A stretch of DNA of 63,449 nucleotides, counting the filler, from Aduncisulcus paluster (Eukaryota): the NCBI GenBank assembly GCA_024181965.1. It is 11 parts of 11 records of this genome, joined end to end, with 100 filler letters (N's around TTAATTAATTAA, not from the genome) between each part and the next. Parts side by side here need not be neighbours in the genome. Positions count along the whole stretch, not along the records: positions 18,887 to 47,614 come from BQXS01012303.1; 10 more parts are not named here. One strand, 5' to 3'. Shown in pieces: positions 24,407 to 35,045 of the stretch (positions within the stretch are counted from its first letter, which is position 1; each line of letters begins with the position of its first letter). Both the position numbers and the translations under genes were made by a program. Under the pieces are notes generated by a model. That model saw only the letters and a program-made list of their open reading frames with translations. It was not told the DNA's origin and did not search any database.

Positions 24407-24891
24407 TGCAATATGAGATAACGTAACGAAACGACCCAAATCCACCCCCTGAAAGAACTATACAGGTATCCCAAAGAAAAATTCGGATTTACGTTTAGAA
24501 GATAAACATAAATGAATAAATTTCTGAAGATTATGTCGAAATATCGTTCTTTCCACTTTTACGCTTTCAGGTAGAAAATTGAAATTGTTCTGAAACTTGA
24601 CAAACAACAAAGTGGCCCCTATTGATTCATTTTTGAAGTAACATTCAAAAGTATTAGAGAATTTTACAACTAATTTATGAATATATCTCGTACAACAGAC
24701 AGAAAAGGAGATTTTGGGAAATAGAGAGATATCAATTGTAATATCCACCAAAAAAAAATCAAATTTGTTAGATTTTTTTGGCACCAAGGAATAATTTAAT
24801 TCTATCTCTTGTTTTCTGATGCTATCTAAAAATAGACGACTCGAAAATTTTTCATCTGTTGCAATTTCTTTGGACACAACTATTTAGAAAT

Positions 24892-25344
24892 ATGGCCGAA
24901 TCTGTTTTATCCGAAGAACAAATTTCCGAATTTAAGGAAGCTTTCAGTCTTTTTGACAGAGATGGTGATGGTACAATCACCACTACCGAGCTTGGAACCG
25001 TTCTTCGTTCCCTCGGTATGAACCCCACCGAGCATGATCTTCAGGACCTTATTAACGAGGTTGATGCCGATGGCAGTGGTACTATTGACTTCTGTGAGTT
25101 CTTAAACATCATGGCCAGGAAAATGCAAGATACCGATTCTGAGGAAGAAATCAGAGAGGCTTTCAAGGTTTTTGACAAGGACGGTAACGGTTACATTTCT
25201 GCTGCTGAACTTCGTCATGTTATGACTCACCTTGGTGAACGTCTCACTGAGGAAGAGGTTGATGAGATGATCCGTGAGGCTGATGTTGATGGTGATGGTC
25301 AGATCTGCTATTCAGAGTTTGTCAAAATGATGTTAATTCGTTAA
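24892..25344 (+). CDS. CAM: Calmodulin
   Basis: Four canonical EF-hands ([48 protein letters not shown]); ATG at 24892. Confidence 0.98.
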   Translation: MAESVLSEEQISEFKEAFSLFDRDGDGTITTTELGTVLRSLGMNPTEHDLQDLINEVDADGSGTIDFCEFLNIMARKMQDTDSEEEIREAFKVFDKDGNGYISAAELRHVMTHLGERLTEEEVDEMIREADVDGDGQICYSEFVKMMLIR

Positions 25345-25549
25345 ACTTGTAATAAATATTAGTTATTAGGATTTTGTCCCCTTTTTGGGTTAAACCTCAT
25401 GATGGGTTTTGCTGTTGAGATGAATGGAATTAAATAAAACTTCCTGCAAGTATCGTACACAATATCATTGAAATTTCCGTCAAATTTTCTAATTTCCGTT
25501 ATCCCAGTGATTTTTATTCATGTCTTTTTTTTGGGCCAATTTTGTGAAG

Positions 25550-26910
25550 ATGTCGAAATTATCAATGATATATTTCTCGTTTATATTGTTAGCACTAATT
25601 TTCTCTTCTTTCTGTTCTGTAATTGAAATAGAATCCGTAGAACAACTCCATTCTGTATTTGAGGGAAACGACACCATTGTCAAGGTATGTTTTTTATTTT
25701 TAAATGATTTTATAAAAATACTTTTATCTTCCACATCTTAAATACATGTTTACAATTCCATGAATAGTTTTATGCTGATTGGTGTCCCCATTGCAAAGCT
25801 TTCGGACCAGTATTTGAAACTGTTTCATATAATTTGCCTAATGTTAAATTTGCTGCCGTGAATTGCGATAATCATGAAATCTGCCAACAGTATGGCGTGT
25901 CAGCCCTCCCCACTATCTCCCTTTTCACCAGCAAGGGTCAGGCCTACACATTCAAGGAAGAGCGTTCCGAGGAGTCCCTATTTTCATGGATTAATGACAT
26001 GCTTGCTGATACTCTTGTTCTCCTTGATTCTTCTAATCAAGATGAATTTCTCATTCCCGAGAGCCCCTCTTTCGTTCTCGTTGATCCTTCCGAAGAAGAG
26101 AAAGAGCTTGTCGATGCCGCTGCATCCTTCAGGAAAGGTGTGTGTAAGTTTGGTATTCTTTCTTCTGAAGAATCCAAGCATCTTAAACAGCCATTTTCTG
26201 ACCTTCCCCGTGGATTTTATTGCATAAAGGAAGGTTCCCCCATTGAAATGCCCCTTGAATCCTTCGAGGATCAAAATCTGGTTGCTTTGTTCATATTTGA
26301 TAATTATCGGCCATATGTTGTCGAGCTCTCCATGCAGAACTTCCCTGAATATGTTCTCCTGCCTCGTATGCCAATCAATATCCTTGCCATCAAGAAGGAT
26401 CCTGAGGGTGTTTGGAAAGATCAGGTCAAAGTCCTCCATGATGTTGCTGTGAATGACACTGAACGTAGATTCGTTTATAGTTACATGGATTATGGAATAT
26501 TCAGGAAATATCTTGAATTCCTTGGCCTTGACGATGATACTATCCCAGGTATTGTTTCTGTATTCGCCGCCAAAGGTGTTTATTGGCCTTTCCCCAACCT
26601 TCTTAGCGGAGATGTTTCCACTGAGAATGCTCGTTCAGCCATGGCTGATCACATTAGCGAAGTATTGTCCGGTATTTATGACGGTTCTATTGAACCCATT
26701 CCGATTCCTACGGCCAACTCTACCACAAGCTTCCTCGATCGTGTTAAATTGATTGGTCTCACACTTTTGAACATTATGAGAGAAAACAAAACACTTGTCA
26801 TCACAGTTGGACTTGTTCTCGCTGCTCTTGTGCTTGTTTTACTTACATTAATGTTTAATAGGAAGACTCGTGGAATAGAAATAGATGAAACCGCTGAGGA
26901 AGAGGAAGAA

Positions 26911-26942
<32 letters not shown>

Positions 26943-27033
26943 AGAGGAAGAGGAAGACGAAGGAGAAGAAGAGGGAGATATCAAGGAGAAACAAGAGGAG
27001 GAAAAGAAGGAAAAGAAGGAGGATATCGAGTAA
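25550..27033 (+). CDS. Membrane-anchored protein disulfide isomerase (TMX3-like); exons 25550-25684 and 25768-27033
   Basis: Signal peptide; splicing the 83-nt GTATGT..TAG intron (25685-25767) gives IVK|FYADWCPHCK; further thioredoxin-like domains, a C-terminal TM and an acidic tail follow. Confidence 0.88.
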
Positions 27034-27247
27034 TGTTTTTTTTTTTTTTTTTCATTTCATAAGTAAATTTGTACCTTTATAACATATAAAAATGATACAT
27101 TTAATGAAAATACGAAAATATATTAAAATATTAAATATATGATCCAATAATTGATATCAGTTTGGGTGAGTTTGTCGGTTTGAAGTTTTTATATTTTTTT
27201 TCGTCCTAATCTCTTTCTAATCTTAAATTGTTTATCTAAATTATTAA

Positions 27248-29395
27248 ATGGGACGTCATAAAACACCAAAATCTCACGGTCGATATGCCCCTACTGCTTA
27301 TGTTACCATTCCAGCTTCTCAACAAATGCTTCCGATGGTTCAACAATATCCAGGAGCTGCTGTTGGGTATCCGCAAGCTGTGGCATATCAACCCGTTCAA
27401 AGAAAAATGCTACAATCCACAAGAACCCAATCTAAAAAAAAGCAGGAATCCGGATCAGCCTGTTGCTGCTGCACCATTTCTCTTCTCATACTATTGCTTG
27501 GAGTTGGAGCCCTTGCTTACTTCCTTCTTTTCTATGATCCAACGAATGATCCAAGTGGCGATAGTGGAGGGGGTGACACTGCGGTTACTGGTTCTCCCGA
27601 TTCTTTATTTGGTATGGTCCCGATTGATGGGGCCACCATTCAATTTTACTCATTGTCTGGTGTTAGTGATACTCTCAAAAGTGATACCTTGGCTATTTAT
27701 GGAGCAAACCTTGAATCCGATTATAAACTCATCACTGGAGATGGCACAGGTTATGATGAATCGTCTGTATCCGCTTCAAACACCACTATCCATTCCAATT
27801 TGAGCGATATTCATGTCTCGAGTGATCTTTATACTGATTCCTCCTTTACTCTCNNNNNNNNNNNNNNNNNNNNGGTTACTGGTTCTCCCGATTCTTTATT
27901 TGGTATGGTCCCGATTGATGGGGCCACCATTCAATTTTACTCATTGTCTGGTGTTAGTGATACTCTCAAAAGTGATACCTTGGCTATTTATGGAGCAAAC
28001 CTTGAATCCGATTATAAACTCATCACTGGAGATGGCACAGGTTATGATGAATCGTCTGTATCCGCTTCAAACACCACTATCCATTCCAATTTGAGCGATA
28101 TTCATGTCTCGAGTGATCTTTATACTGATTCCTCCTTTACTCTCTCCGTAGGCACAGTTAGTCGCCCTTCAGCATCTGCAAGTCTTGTTATTGGTTCTTA
28201 TTCAGACACTGATATTGCTCAAGGCTATATTGGTGACTGTTGGCTGGTTTCTTCCATCTCAGCCGTTGCTGGATCCGGAGTGTATTCTTACACTCATCCT
28301 AGGTGGGACCCCAACACTGGAAAGGTTGTTACAACCAAGTTTTTTGGCGATAAACTTGTAGAAATTCTTATGGACGACGAACTTTCATATTATTCATATC
28401 CATCCATTCCTTATTATGGAGCCTCTACCCAAAGCGGTGAATTGTGGGTTTCCTTCGAAGAGAAATCCATTGCCAAAATTGCTGGTAGCTACGATGCCAT
28501 TGCATCCAATAGTATTTATGTTGGATATACCCTTATCCACCCTGGGTTTGCCATTGTTTCATCCCTTGATGTTATTTCTGATACATCCGTCCATTCCACC
28601 CAACTAAAAGATGCTCTTTCCCACAATAGTCTCCTTTCTGCCGCCATAGACAGTGGTGCTGACTCCTATATCGAGGGTCTACCAACAGGGCATGCGTACT
28701 CCATCATGGATATTGTGGATGTCCCTGACTCTGTCGATGGTGGTGGCATTACTTTGTATCGTGTTAGAAATCCTTGGGGTCAAACCGATGGGTCTGGACA
28801 TGGTGAATACACTGGGCCTTACTGTGATTCTTGCTCAGACTGGACGTCAGAACTTAAGGAGTATGTTGAATATGCAGACAAAGATGATGGAATATTCTTC
28901 ATTGAAGAGACAGCTTTTTACAATATCTATGACTTTTTCACTTTCCAAGCACTTCCTAATGAGTATTTACAGAGCAAAATCCTTGAAATTCCGATTGACA
29001 AGACTGCTGGAATTGTTCAGATTCAAGTTTCTGTTCCAACCATTACAGAAAAAATGACACTATACCTCAGCCTTGATGCCCCTGTTAATATATCGGGATA
29101 TTCCGAGGCTTCTGTCTCTTTCTCTGGTTCTTCGTCAACATTCACGCGTATTGCAGGAGGATCTGCAAGTGTTGGTTACATTGTGAAGCCACACACAGGA
29201 ACTATTTTCATAACTTTCAATGTGACCCCAGAAGATAGCCGTCCTGCATTTGGCCGTGTTGCTATTTTTAGTGATTCCTCAGATTGGAGTATCAACAGTG
29301 TGAGTGTTGGTGGATCATATGAAACTCCTTCTTTGATCGATAAACCTGCTTATATTACTTCCCAGGCCGAATATCTTGCCAATCTTGCAAATTAA
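27248..29395 (+). CDS. Calpain-like cysteine peptidase (family C2) with an N-terminal membrane anchor
   Basis: Triad motifs QGYIGDCW, GHAYS and RVRNPWG; CCCC plus a TM helix near aa 72-95. The internal duplication at the N gap is likely an artefact. Confidence 0.88.
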   Translation: MGRHKTPKSHGRYAPTAYVTIPASQQMLPMVQQYPGAAVGYPQAVAYQPVQRKMLQSTRTQSKKKQESGSACCCCTISLLILLLGVGALAYFLLFYDPTNDPSGDSGGGDTAVTGSPDSLFGMVPIDGATIQFYSLSGVSDTLKSDTLAIYGANLESDYKLITGDGTGYDESSVSASNTTIHSNLSDIHVSSDLYTDSSFTLXXXXXXXVTGSPDSLFGMVPIDGATIQFYSLSGVSDTLKSDTLAIYGANLESDYKLITGDGTGYDESSVSASNTTIHSNLSDIHVSSDLYTDSSFTLSVGTVSRPSASASLVIGSYSDTDIAQGYIGDCWLVSSISAVAGSGVYSYTHPRWDPNTGKVVTTKFFGDKLVEILMDDELSYYSYPSIPYYGASTQSGELWVSFEEKSIAKIAGSYDAIASNSIYVGYTLIHPGFAIVSSLDVISDTSVHSTQLKDALSHNSLLSAAIDSGADSYIEGLPTGHAYSIMDIVDVPDSVDGGGITLYRVRNPWGQTDGSGHGEYTGPYCDSCSDWTSELKEYVEYADKDDGIFFIEETAFYNIYDFFTFQALPNEYLQSKILEIPIDKTAGIVQIQVSVPTITEKMTLYLSLDAPVNISGYSEASVSFSGSSSTFTRIAGGSASVGYIVKPHTGTIFITFNVTPEDSRPAFGRVAIFSDSSDWSINSVSVGGSYETPSLIDKPAYITSQAEYLANLAN
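27583..28144. repeat. Duplication (27583-27853 / 27874-28144) around a 20-N gap
   Basis: The same 271 bp lies on either side of N27854-27873. Confidence 0.9.
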
Positions 29396-29743
29396 TCTGA
29401 TTTGTTTCTTTGTTTTTTCTGAACATTTTTGATTGATGTCCATCAAATCCGCATTTATTTTTGTTTTCTCTTTGTTTGTTTGTTTGTTTTTTGCCTGCTT
29501 AATGTTAAAATTATAATTTAGGTATGCTCTATTATGCTGATATGTCCGTATTTATGATCATATTTTTTGTGTTCTATTTTTGGAACACTATCCACTTCTG
29601 TACTATATGTTGTGATCCACAACTTGTGAAATATGTAGCCAATTTGAGGATTAATAAAAATTCTGTGTTGATCTCTTCAGAATATAAGCAAAAACTATCA
29701 CAAATATCAAGAAAATATCAAGATTCGAGATGTCCTGAGAGGA

Positions 29744-30520
29744 TTACTTCGCAGACGAGTGTCTTTTCCTTGATTTCTTTATCTTATCAAAATATTGAAT
29801 ATCAATATCCTTTCTATCCGGAAGATCTTCATCAATTTCAATTCCTGCCGCTTCAGAAACATCAAGAGCCTTTTTATCCAATCCTTCAGCCATTTGAAGG
29901 ATCATATCAGTAACTGCATCTTCTCTTGCTTTCCAAAGTTGAGAATATTTTTTATATTTCTTATCCATGGCACTAAGTTCTTTATCAGAGGGGATATCCA
30001 GTTTTTCAAGTTCCACCAATTCTTCAGAAAGGGTGGCATTTTCAGTGGCCATTGATTCAATTTTTTGTTTAAGTTCACTGTCAGTGGGATAATGCTTTAA
30101 TTGATAGATTTCGGCTTCTAATTCTGTTTTATCAACTTCCAATTCCCCGGCAAGCTTGTCTCTTTCTTGAGTTTGTAGTCGAGTATCAGCAAGCTCCTCT
30201 AACGACATAATTTCCATATTATCTTGATTTGGCCACCAAACTTTTGCTGTTTTCCCGTATTCTACATAGGAAAGTACTTTTTGTTGAGTAAGCGCAGAAA
30301 GAGCTTTGGACACAGCAGTTTTTCCGTATACTGATCCCAATCCATCTACAACCATTTGAAGCGACATAGGAGCATTTCTTTCAATTAAAAGAGAGCTGGT
30401 TGCCTCTTCGACTAAAACAAGGAATAAAATGAATATTAATAGAAGAACTAATATTAAAATCAATATTAATAAACTTCACATACCTTCATCTGAACTCGCT
30501 TTTTTGGCTTTTGGTGCCAT
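29744..30520 (-). CDS. HOP2: Hop2 / TBPIP meiotic recombination factor; exons 30520-30484 and 30411-29744
   Basis: Spliced MAPKAKKASSDEV|EEATSSLLIERNAPMS..YGKTAVSKALSAL..EYGKTAKVWWPNQD (winged helix) plus coiled coil; 72-nt GTATGT..TAG intron at 30483-30412. Confidence 0.85.
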
Positions 30521-31050
30521 TATTCCTTCCAGAAGGAAAACTAAAATTTCAATATCAGATCATCCGATTCACGGTAAAAAATGCCGGAATAAGAATAAAA
30601 ACGGAAATCTGTAATTCATATAAATATAAATTTATTTCGAATATTGGCCCAATATTCAGCGAATATCTCTGTATTACTATATATAGAGTGTTGATATAGA
30701 GTTGTATATAGAGTTATATATAATCAGATTCAATTCAAGCCCAATTAGTTCTATTGGATGTTAGCAGCATTGATTTTATATGTAAATAATATGGATGCTA
30801 TCAAGCGGGGGAAGAATGAAAGGCAACAATAGATTACTTTATACCTCAGACTTGCATTCACGAAAATCATTCAATCTCTTCAAAAATATGGATTCAACAC
30901 GAATGATTATCAGACTGTGTATTTGTTGGATCTGATTATGTTTCTATCCTCCAGTCTCGAAAACTAATCGAAAGATAATTATAAATCTAGAAAGGATTGC
31001 AAGAAGAAATATTAAAACTTGTGAAAAAGAATATTACATTCAATAAATTA

Positions 31051-31581
31051 TCACCAAAGTCGAGGCGAAAACATACCTTTTAACCAGAAAAAAGTCTTTT
31101 TAATCTCCTCTTTTTCTTCCATCGAAAAATCATCACTAACAAGTAACAAATCACGAATTTCTGTAACCGATTTTCCATCAAGGAGTCTAGCAACATAAAC
31201 TGAACCAATTTCTGCCAAGCTATCAATTTCAAGAAATGAACAAATTCCAAGAACAGCAAATAATTCACTCTCCCTCTCTAAAGATAGAATTGACTGTTGT
31301 AATTCTTCATATGAATCATTATCAATTTGCTCATTATCATATTTATACTGAATAGAGAGCCATTCGATTACTTTAGCCACGTGAGCGGATTCAGCTTCTA
31401 TTTGAAAGGTAGGTTCTTCACTCTTCTGAATAAATTGACCTTTTTCGCCATGAATTATTTTCTCAATTTCTCGTGACAAATAGGGAGATACTTTTGCATG
31501 ATCAATGTCACAATATTGTATTTCACCATCACAACAGGAAAAAGCAATTCTATCAAGAGATTCTTTTCCTTCACCACTCAT
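31051..31581 (-). CDS. Skp1-like protein (divergent)
   Basis: AKVIEWL..LFAVLGICSFLEIDSLAEIGSVYVARLLDGKSVTEIRDLLLVSDDFSMEEKEEIKK..W matches the Skp1 C-terminal domain. Confidence 0.8.
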   Translation of the reverse strand: MSGEGKESLDRIAFSCCDGEIQYCDIDHAKVSPYLSREIEKIIHGEKGQFIQKSEEPTFQIEAESAHVAKVIEWLSIQYKYDNEQIDNDSYEELQQSILSLERESELFAVLGICSFLEIDSLAEIGSVYVARLLDGKSVTEIRDLLLVSDDFSMEEKEEIKKTFFWLKGMFSPRLW

Positions 31582-32093
31582 TTTAGGAAAAGTTTAAATA
31601 TTTTTGATATAATTTTTGAAAAATATTGTTGACAAAACTTGAAAAAGTAGATCTACGGGTTTAATCTTGATGTGGGAAAGAAATTCAACGGAATAACATT
31701 TTGTAACTGATATATATCGTTATTTGTTCAAAAAAAATTTGAATGGATAAATTATTGTTATTTTGACTCTGAGAAGTCTTCTCTGAGAAGAAACGTAACG
31801 AGATGATCGATCATAGATTCTCTTTATAAGAAAGAACGATCTCATTAGAGTTTTGTATCAAAAAATGCCTTAAAATCCGATTCCATGATATTTTGCATCG
31901 TAAATCGAGAGGTGATTTGATTTCGACAATGTCGAATCGACATGTGCGTGAAATACATTAATAAATAAATATCTTTCTTTTGTTACAATAAATTCAAAAA
32001 AAAAAAATAAACTATTTTTGTAAGAAGTGATTTTTTTGCTTGAGAGTGACGCATTGACATTGTTTGAATTTTTAAATGCACTGTTTTGATAGA

Positions 32094-33104
32094 ATGCTCT
32101 CTACGTCCTCACTAGCTCCCCAAGTTTTTGTTGGTAAAACCACTAAAGCTATTGTCCAGGGTATGTTCATTTCTTTTTTTTGCATGTTGTATTCACGTTG
32201 ATGTGAATTGTGTTTGTTTTCGGGGTTTATGTCCAAGTTTTTTCCATTTTTTATAGGTTTCACTGGTAAACAAGGAACTTTCCATGCTAAGGCCTGTATG
32301 GATTATGGTACAAATATCGTTGGTGGTGTCTCTCCTAGAAAAGCTGGTTCTGAACACCTTGGGAAGCCCGTTTTTGGAAGTGTCAAGGATGCTAAGGATA
32401 AAACCGGATGTAACGCAACAATGATCTTCGTTCCCCCCAAGTTTGCCGCTGCTGCTATCGAAGAAGCCATTGATGCTGAAATCGAGCTTATCGTCTGCAT
32501 CACTGAAGGAATCCCTCAGCATGATATGGTTCGTATTTACAACAGGTTGAAAGAGAAGCCCCATATCCGTCTTATTGGAGGAAACTGTCCAGGTTTGTTG
32601 AAGGTTGGTGAGTGCAAGTTAGGAATCATGCCCGGACACATCCACACCCCAGGTTGCGTTGGTATTGTTTCTCGTTCTGGTACTCTTACATATGAAGCTG
32701 TGAAAGCTACTACTGAGGCCGGACTTGGTCAATCTAGCGTTGTTGGTATCGGTGGTGATCCATTCAAAGGAACTGATTTCATTGAAGTTCTTGAGAAATT
32801 TGCCCATGATCCCCAAACTCAAGGTGTTGTCTTGATTGGTGAAATCGGAGGATCAGCCGAACAAGAGGCCGCCAAATGGATTTCTGAGCACATGCCCAGC
32901 AAACCCGTTGTTTCCTTCATTGCTGGATCATCAGCTCCCCCTGGTAAACGTATGGGTCATGCTGGTGCCATCATTGCTGGTGCTGATTCCACTGCCGAGT
33001 CTAAGTTCGCTGCTTTTGAAAAGGTTGGAATTACCACCACTCGTAACCCCACTGAAATCGGAAAATTAATGAGACAACAACTTCGCAGATATGGGAAGAT
33101 GTAA
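32094..33104 (+). CDS. SUCLG1: Succinyl-CoA synthetase alpha subunit; exons 32094-32160 and 32257-33104
   Basis: Spliced [52 protein letters not shown] and the phospho-His motif RMGHAGA; 96-nt GTATGT..TAG intron at 32161-32256. Confidence 0.95.
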
Positions 33105-33426
33105 ATAATACAATAAAGCATTTGTCGTTTTTTGCCGATCATCGGAACCTTGATGGTAAGAGCTTTTCTTCTTCATAATATACAGAATTGTTGTCGATAA
33201 TTGGTATATTTTCCTATTTTATTATAATTTAAAGATAATTTAATTTCAATTGATTCGTAAATAATCAGATATCAATATATTTATCTAAAATTACGATTGT
33301 AGTCTTTACACATGAAAAGTCTTGGAGATTCTGAATTATTATTCCACGAATCCATGCAGATCTCATCTCATACTGAACCTAGAAACATTCTTCAACCTTT
33401 TCAGAAACAACATAACTTTTGGCCAC

Positions 33427-34694
33427 ATGAAACCAGAAATTCAAGCAAAACAAGTCCAACGCTGGGAACAGACGCTTCGTCCAGAAGATAGGATGAATCT
33501 CAATTCATTTAAATCTACCTATTCTCGGACATCTTCCAGAAGTCTTCCCAAACAGGAGAAAAGCGTTACTATATCTGAACCTAAAGCATCCCCACAACGA
33601 ATTTCTACTCCTCCTGTTCGTACAATGAAACAAACTCGCGATGGTATGTCGTTTTTATCTATGTTGAACCACATGGCAAATTTTTGTTTTCCCTTCTTAA
33701 TATCAATTGTATTCGAAAATCTTTTCTTTTGTTAGTGGAATATGGACCCAATCCATCACCTTTAATTGCTGGATATATGAAAAGAATGGCTGTGAAACAC
33801 GCCAAAGAAGTTGTTTCCCCTCCTTCAAGAAGACGGGTCAAAACCACATCTTCTGTTCCCAGAAGAACTCGATTCTGGGATCAACCTGTTAATTTCGTTG
33901 GTCCTCAGTATGATTCCAGTTTGAAAGCCACCTCTGGAGTTGAATGGACTCATGAGTTCACAAAGACATCATATGATCGGCATTTTCAACCAGGTTCTAC
34001 TTCTAGAGTTGATGAACCGGCCATTTATCGTCATTTCTTGTATGATACCAAGTCTGTTACGGTCCCTCAAACGATGGACATGAAAGGAGATTTGTTGGAT
34101 AAAAAGGAGAGAACCATGCGCGAATTATCGGTTGAGGACGCAGTATTACTAAGAAAAGGTATTTTACCTGAGGAAGAGGTGTCAATTGATGGATCTAAGG
34201 TGAAAGTTGGTACTGATGAAAAATCTCAATCGAAGAGATTGTGTGATATTGTTCTGAAACCACGTTATAGACACCTTCAGGTCGATGGAAGAACTCATTA
34301 TCGTTCTCAGTTCACGGGTGATGTCTCTACTTTGCTGAAAGAAATGAACCCAGAAGAGTCCGGGTCTACCAAATCTTTGGCCACAATATACGCTGAACGT
34401 CTCTACCGTAAACCTCCTCCATTCAGCCTTGATGCAGCTCTTTGGAAGAAATCTGCCCTTACAACACAAAACGAAAGAGCTCACCGGGCTTCTGCCAATG
34501 TATCTCTTCAGACCTTGCGTAAGAAAGCCACGACTCACCTCACTGATGTCGAATTTGCTGGAGCAAAAGTTATTTTTAAGGATCCTACAATTTCCCTTGA
34601 TGAGGTACAGAAATTTGTTGATAAAATGGAATCACATGAAAGACAAAAGTTTAAGAGTCTCGCGCGAGAAGCCGCAAGTGTTAGTGGAAGATAA
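33427..34694 (+). CDS. Unknown basic protein; exons 33427-33643 and 33736-34694
   Basis: A 92-nt GTATGT..TTAG intron (33644-33735) joins two ORF-track frames in phase. Confidence 0.7.
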
Positions 34695-35045
34695 ATCTCC
34701 ATGAGAATGCTAGTAATTTTATGAATATGAACATTCTTTCTTTTCGTTCAATTAGCTATTTGTAATTTATACAATTTGCAGTTGTTTTTCATTTGCTGTA
34801 TCCTTTTCAGAGTATTCTCAGCTCAGTGAGCTTGGTTTGCTCATTGTGCTTGAATTTTTTAGTAAAATAAAACTTATTATTGGTTTATTTATGCACGATT
34901 GAGATAAATGTTTCTTATTTTAATTCAATTTCCACTTTGTTCATCTCAGAAACATGAGATGATTTTTTGTATGATCACATCTCAAGATGAATCCAAATTC
35001 GTAAAATTGGGTTTTTCTTGATCTACAAAATTCTAACAAATTATT

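Noticed and set aside
24458..24877. 139-aa minus-strand ORF between HDDC2 and calmodulin
   Set aside because: AT-rich divergent promoter region with no recognisable motif.
27583..28144. Internal tandem domain repeat in the calpain
   Set aside because: Apparently identical copies abut a 20-N gap; this is a scaffolding overlap.
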